Part shown: positions 42,068 to 45,433 of the stretch, in pieces | Layout: every line of letters starts with the position of its first letter | Position numbering within the stretch: position 1 is the stretch's first letter | Source of the DNA: Syntrophales bacterium | Lineage (GTDB): Bacteria > Desulfobacterota > Syntrophia > Syntrophales > UBA8958 | Assembly: GCA_023231165.1 (NCBI GenBank) | Contig: JALNVY010000002.1 | Span: forward strand, 1 to 45,433 | Direction: 5' to 3' | Length of the DNA stretch: 45,433 nucleotides | Translations under genes and position numbers: made by a program | The notes under the pieces: model-generated | What the model was told of the DNA's origin: nothing | Databases searched by the model: none | Seen by the model: the letters and a program-made list of their open reading frames with translations, nothing else

Positions 42068-43238
42068 TAATGATTTAAAGCGTCTTCGAGATGAGGGTTA
42101 CGACGTAGTGGTTAAGGTTAACCACCTGCTGGTCAAGAATGTGCCGTATGTAAATTCCAATAAGGAGATCAAGTTTGGAGTTCTCGTTTCGGACTTGAGT
42201 TTGGCGGGTGATGTGACAATAACTCCCCGCAATCATGTTGCCTATTTCGCCGGAGAGCACCCCTGTAACAGGGATGGCTCAGAGTTGGCGAAAATCAAGC
42301 ATCAGAGCCAGCGACAGGAGCTTGATCGTGATCTTGTCATTGACCATTCATTTTCGAGCAAACCTGTTACGGGTGCTTACAAGGACTATCATGACAAGAT
42401 GACCACTTACGTAGCCATCATTTCTAGCCCCGCTCAGTCGATTGACCCCAGCGTCACAGCAATAACTTTTCCAGTTATTGAATCTGACCGAGAAGAATCT
42501 GTGTTTAAATATATCGATACGGCATCAAGTAGAGCTGAGATCAATGTTGTGACCAGGAAGTTAGAAGGCGGGGCGATCGGCATTGTGGGCCTGGGTGGTA
42601 CAGGCTCCTATGTGCTAGACTTGGTGGCCAAAACTCCCGTGAGAGAAATCCGCCTCTTTGACGGAGATAAATTTTCTCAACACAATGCGTTTAGATCGCC
42701 GGGCGCTCCATCGATTGAGGAGCTGAAGAAAGAAACCAAGAAGGTGGTCTACTTCCAGGACATCTATTCAAAAATGCATCGAAATATCATTGTCAATGGC
42801 GACTACATAGAGGCAGCGAACGTCAATCAATTAGAGGGACTAGATTTTGTATTCCTTTGCCTGGACAGCGGCGAGCCGAAAGGACTTATTGTAGAGAAAA
42901 TGGAAGCTCTTGGCATACCCTTCATTGATGTCGGCATGGGTGTGGAGCTCGTCGATAACGCCCTGCTCGGAATTCTCAGGGTCACGACCAGCACAGACGG
43001 AAAACGTGGTCACGTGAAGCAAAGGGCCTCTTTCTCTGATGGCGGAGACAACAAGGAATATTCCCGAAACATTCAGATTGCAGATCTTAACGCTCTGAAT
43101 GCGGCCTTGGCTGTCATCAAGTGGAAAAAGCTATGCGGGTTTTACAAAGATCTCGAAAATGAGCATCACTGTACGTATACTATAGATGGCAATATTCTGA
43201 CCAATGAGGAGCAATGTGAAGCGCAAAATATCGCTTAA
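42042..43238 (+). CDS. E2-like N-terminal domain fused to a ThiF/E1-type adenylyltransferase
   Basis: 398 aa. E1 Rossmann motif IGIVGLGGTGSYVLDLVAKTPVREIRLFDGDKFSQHNAFR. N-terminal ~150 aa carries an EHPCNRDG loop. 26-nt overlap with the Ubl gene. Confidence 0.8.
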   Translation: MSQQLINRSNDLKRLRDEGYDVVVKVNHLLVKNVPYVNSNKEIKFGVLVSDLSLAGDVTITPRNHVAYFAGEHPCNRDGSELAKIKHQSQRQELDRDLVIDHSFSSKPVTGAYKDYHDKMTTYVAIISSPAQSIDPSVTAITFPVIESDREESVFKYIDTASSRAEINVVTRKLEGGAIGIVGLGGTGSYVLDLVAKTPVREIRLFDGDKFSQHNAFRSPGAPSIEELKKETKKVVYFQDIYSKMHRNIIVNGDYIEAANVNQLEGLDFVFLCLDSGEPKGLIVEKMEALGIPFIDVGMGVELVDNALLGILRVTTSTDGKRGHVKQRASFSDGGDNKEYSRNIQIADLNALNAALAVIKWKKLCGFYKDLENEHHCTYTIDGNILTNEEQCEAQNIA

Positions 43239-43662
43239 ACATGAATTTGTCGAATATATTCCCGATAAACTGAAGGACGGGACTGTTTACGTGTCGATAG
43301 CTTTCTCAACGGTGGTGCACAAATGCTGCTGTGGATGTGGGAACGAGGTTATCACCCCGCTTTCTCCAACTGATTGGAAGCTAATCTTCGACGGCCAGTC
43401 TATTTCTCTCTATCCGTCTATTGGAAACTGGAATTTCGCGTGCCGGTCCCACTACTGGATTGAATGCAATATTGTCAAGTGGGCTCCGCAATGGTCACAA
43501 GAGAAGATTAAAGCCGGCAGAACCAATGATGCTTTCGTCAAAGAAAAATACTTCGGCGGAACCATTGGCAAGATCGTTCATGAAAAGATTGCTGATGCAC
43601 GGATAACAAAAGGCAAACCGAAAGAGAGCTTTTGGCAGACCATCAAGAAATGGTTGTCTTAA
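43204..43662 (+). CDS. Cys/His-rich small protein (DUF6527-like from memory), putative zinc-binding partner
   Basis: 152 aa. HKCCCGCGNEVITPLSP...NFACRSHYWIE. 35-nt overlap with the E1 gene. Confidence 0.65.
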   Translation: MRSNVKRKISLKHEFVEYIPDKLKDGTVYVSIAFSTVVHKCCCGCGNEVITPLSPTDWKLIFDGQSISLYPSIGNWNFACRSHYWIECNIVKWAPQWSQEKIKAGRTNDAFVKEKYFGGTIGKIVHEKIADARITKGKPKESFWQTIKKWLS

Positions 43663-43748
43663 TTGTGTTGGAGCCTTATCTCCTCTATCGAACTTCTATC
43701 CTGTTCGTAAATCATGAAATGAAAAGTCTTTCGCATGGTAGGAGTCAA

Positions 43749-44672
43749 CTATAAGGTTTTCTGTATGATCCAGTTTGAAAGTCCTGCTGCTACTGCAAGC
43801 TGTGAAATCTTTTCGATAGTTAATATCTGAGCCTTATCTGGAATTTTCCAGGTAGAAATGTCGCCGCGAGGGCTATGAACAACAAAAAACATTTCATGGT
43901 ATTGGTCTAACGTTTCGAAAATATCACAGTACTCTTTAAATGTCTTTGTGTCCGCCTGCGATTTAATCTGAACAAATGCCTTCTTACCAGACACAGGCAA
44001 GAACAGATCTAAATCAATAGATTTTTCTGTTCCGCCTACGGCAGAAACTCGCTGCCAGCCGGAACGGGTAAAAATCAAATCACAAAGCAGCTCGAAATCC
44101 TTCCAGCCAAGTGAGCGAATCATTTCTTCTAGTGATTTTTCGAGTGAAGACAAGCACTGCTTCGCGTTTAGCACTTCAGGTGCAATCTCTCCGTTGATTC
44201 TCCTTATTAAGTATTCCTCTTCTTCGACAGAACAAATCGTACCTCGGAATCCTTTTGTCTTTGTGAGCTTCCCGCTCAAATTCTCAATCAAAAGTTCTTC
44301 ATCCATGATACTCTTGCTCTTCCATTTTCCAACGACGCAACGTGACCGCGTCCCGTCCGCTAATAATCTTACCTCGGGATATGCGAAGCACCAGTAAAGA
44401 CGACGACGATAAAATGTAATCCAAAGTGTATCTTGGCCCAAAGTATAGAAATCCTTTATCTGGTTTGTTATTCCTGTAGCCTTGCTTTTGGTCTTCTTTT
44501 GAGCCCAATAAGCACGCAAGACAGCCCAATTCCTTTTTAGGCATTCCTCATGATGGGGATTAATGAACCCAAGTCGAATGAAAGGATTCGCTCCTTCAAT
44601 ACAGTCGGGCTCCCACCGGCCTTTGCTGCCAAGCTTGATAAAGCGAACGGACTTTGGTTTTATTTTTTGCAT
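43749..44672 (-). CDS. Mrr-type (PD-(D/E)xK) restriction endonuclease-like protein with an uncharacterised N-terminal domain
   Basis: 307 aa. C-terminal WKDFELLCDLIFTRSGWQRVSAVGGTEKSIDLDLFL..KKAFVQIKSQ fits the Mrr catalytic core (FE..L..G...D.D...VQxK). Confidence 0.65.
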   Translation of the reverse strand: MQKIKPKSVRFIKLGSKGRWEPDCIEGANPFIRLGFINPHHEECLKRNWAVLRAYWAQKKTKSKATGITNQIKDFYTLGQDTLWITFYRRRLYWCFAYPEVRLLADGTRSRCVVGKWKSKSIMDEELLIENLSGKLTKTKGFRGTICSVEEEEYLIRRINGEIAPEVLNAKQCLSSLEKSLEEMIRSLGWKDFELLCDLIFTRSGWQRVSAVGGTEKSIDLDLFLPVSGKKAFVQIKSQADTKTFKEYCDIFETLDQYHEMFFVVHSPRGDISTWKIPDKAQILTIEKISQLAVAAGLSNWIIQKTL

Positions 44673-44941
44673 TTCGCTTAACCCCTCTTAGAAGGACTCT
44701 TAAAAATTTCTTTGTTGTTGATCATTGTGGAATGAAATCTATACTTGCCTATGTGCTAAGTCAACTCTTGATTACAGTACCGAGCGGATCTGCTCCAAAA
44801 GGGAGAACTTCGCTTTCAGATGTATGCGCACTTTCGAATGGGATTCATTGGCTGCCCGAATTTACCTATGTGAGGACTTGTATTGTATGCCGTGGAAAAC
44901 GTATGACTTATCGGTTAAAGTCCGATCATGGGAGTTCGGTA

Positions 44942-45433
44942 GTTCGCCCATGTAGCTTGAGGGAGGTGTTAAGGGTAACCTGAAACGCTAAGTTCCCTGA
45001 CAAAGGCTCCTTAAGGGAGTCGAGCAAAGCTGCGGGTCGCAGCGCAAGCGAACCCAGACGTAGCCTCGAAATTCACAATGGAGTTGTCGACCCCGTAATA
45101 CAAGGGGGAAGACCGGAGCATCTATCCTGACGAAAACTACCAGAACCGATAGATGGGCTTCCGGGGTAACAGGGGTGACACGCAGTGGCAGCCATGCGAC
45201 AATAAACACGGGAGACCCTTGTCGATGCCCTACAGGAGGGCAACCGGTAGATATAAGGAAACGAAACTCTACGGGGTCGGCAGGGGAGTCGGAGTTGCCC
45301 ATATTACCGCTTGTATCCCAAGGACAGCATAACCTTGGGAGAGGGAAGGGGCAATACTTTTATCACGTTTCAGAAGAAGTAAAGGAAAGGGGATTGCACG
45401 GAAGTGCTGAAAACTCCAGATAACATCCGGGAA
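44942..45433 (+). mobile_element. 5' part of a probable group II intron (ribozyme domains I-III plus start of the RT ORF), truncated by the window end
   Basis: GC-rich, stem-rich non-coding stretch. GTTCGCCCATGTAG..GGGAGGTGTTAAG resembles the canonical 5' GUGCGCCCAGAUAGGGUGUUAAG. An ORF with an RT-like N-terminus starts about 460 nt downstream. The 5' boundary is uncertain. Confidence 0.5.
45404..45433 (+). CDS. N-terminus of a probable intron-encoded reverse transcriptase (partial)
   Basis: GTG start 10 nt after AAGGAAAGGGG and preceded by an in-frame TAA. Encodes MLKTPDNIRE, compare the ..L.(S/T)P.NL..A.. N-termini of group II IEPs. Runs off the window. Confidence 0.4.
   Translation, partial: MLKTPDNIRE

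Noticed and set aside
44988-45423. ORFs 44988-45302 (minus strand) and 45175-45423 (plus strand).
   Set aside because: They lie within the structured, probably ribozyme-forming 5' part of the putative group II intron. They have no SDs and a Gly/Arg/Pro-rich composition.
1-45433. CRISPR arrays, tRNA/rRNA genes, integrase/att sites and oriT.
   Set aside because: I saw no spacer-repeat periodicity, cloverleaf-like or rRNA-like sequence, or tyrosine/serine recombinase ORF. oriT cannot be assigned without a confirmed relaxase.

Overview
This 45.4-kb window reads as part of a large conjugative element, either a plasmid or an ICE. No integrase or att site is visible, and the host uses strong GGAGG-type Shine-Dalgarno sites.

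Gene content, left to right:
- A secreted caspase-family/DUF1566 protein (244-1836).
- Minus-strand backbone genes: topoisomerase III and an IS3-family insertion at about 5714-6989.
- A plus-strand ParM-type partition pair.
- A translationally coupled chain of small acidic or Cys-rich ORFs, followed by ssb.
- A minus-strand operon headed by a NusG paralog, with an HD-domain protein and small membrane proteins.
- A small plus-strand block (YdjM-like) and an XRE regulator.
- F-type mating-pair genes trbI-like/traF/traH/traG (17976-23561).
- A Toprim primase-like gene, then CobS/MoxR AAA+, WGR, DUF3150-like and vWA/HExxH genes (23638-29140).
- A T4CP-like ATPase with no transmembrane segment.
- A roughly 14-kb defence-type cargo island (30977-44672).

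The island holds three modules:
- A co-directional cassette of PLD-SNF2 helicase, large N6-adenine methyltransferase, TcmP-like protein and SPL-like radical SAM protein.
- An XRE plus ImmA/IrrE-type metallopeptidase pair, divergent from an operon encoding a ubiquitin-like beta-grasp protein, an E2-E1 fusion and a Cys-rich protein.
- An Mrr-type nuclease.

The window ends inside what looks like a group II intron. I saw no rRNA, tRNA or CRISPR array.

Non-coding highlights:
- A ~122-bp leader element occurs twice at about 85% identity, upstream of ssb and of the primase-like gene. It carries a promoter-like part and an intrinsic-terminator-like hairpin.
- An RGAAGTAnTA box recurs in most backbone intergenic regions.

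All family assignments come from motif recognition by eye. No searches were run.
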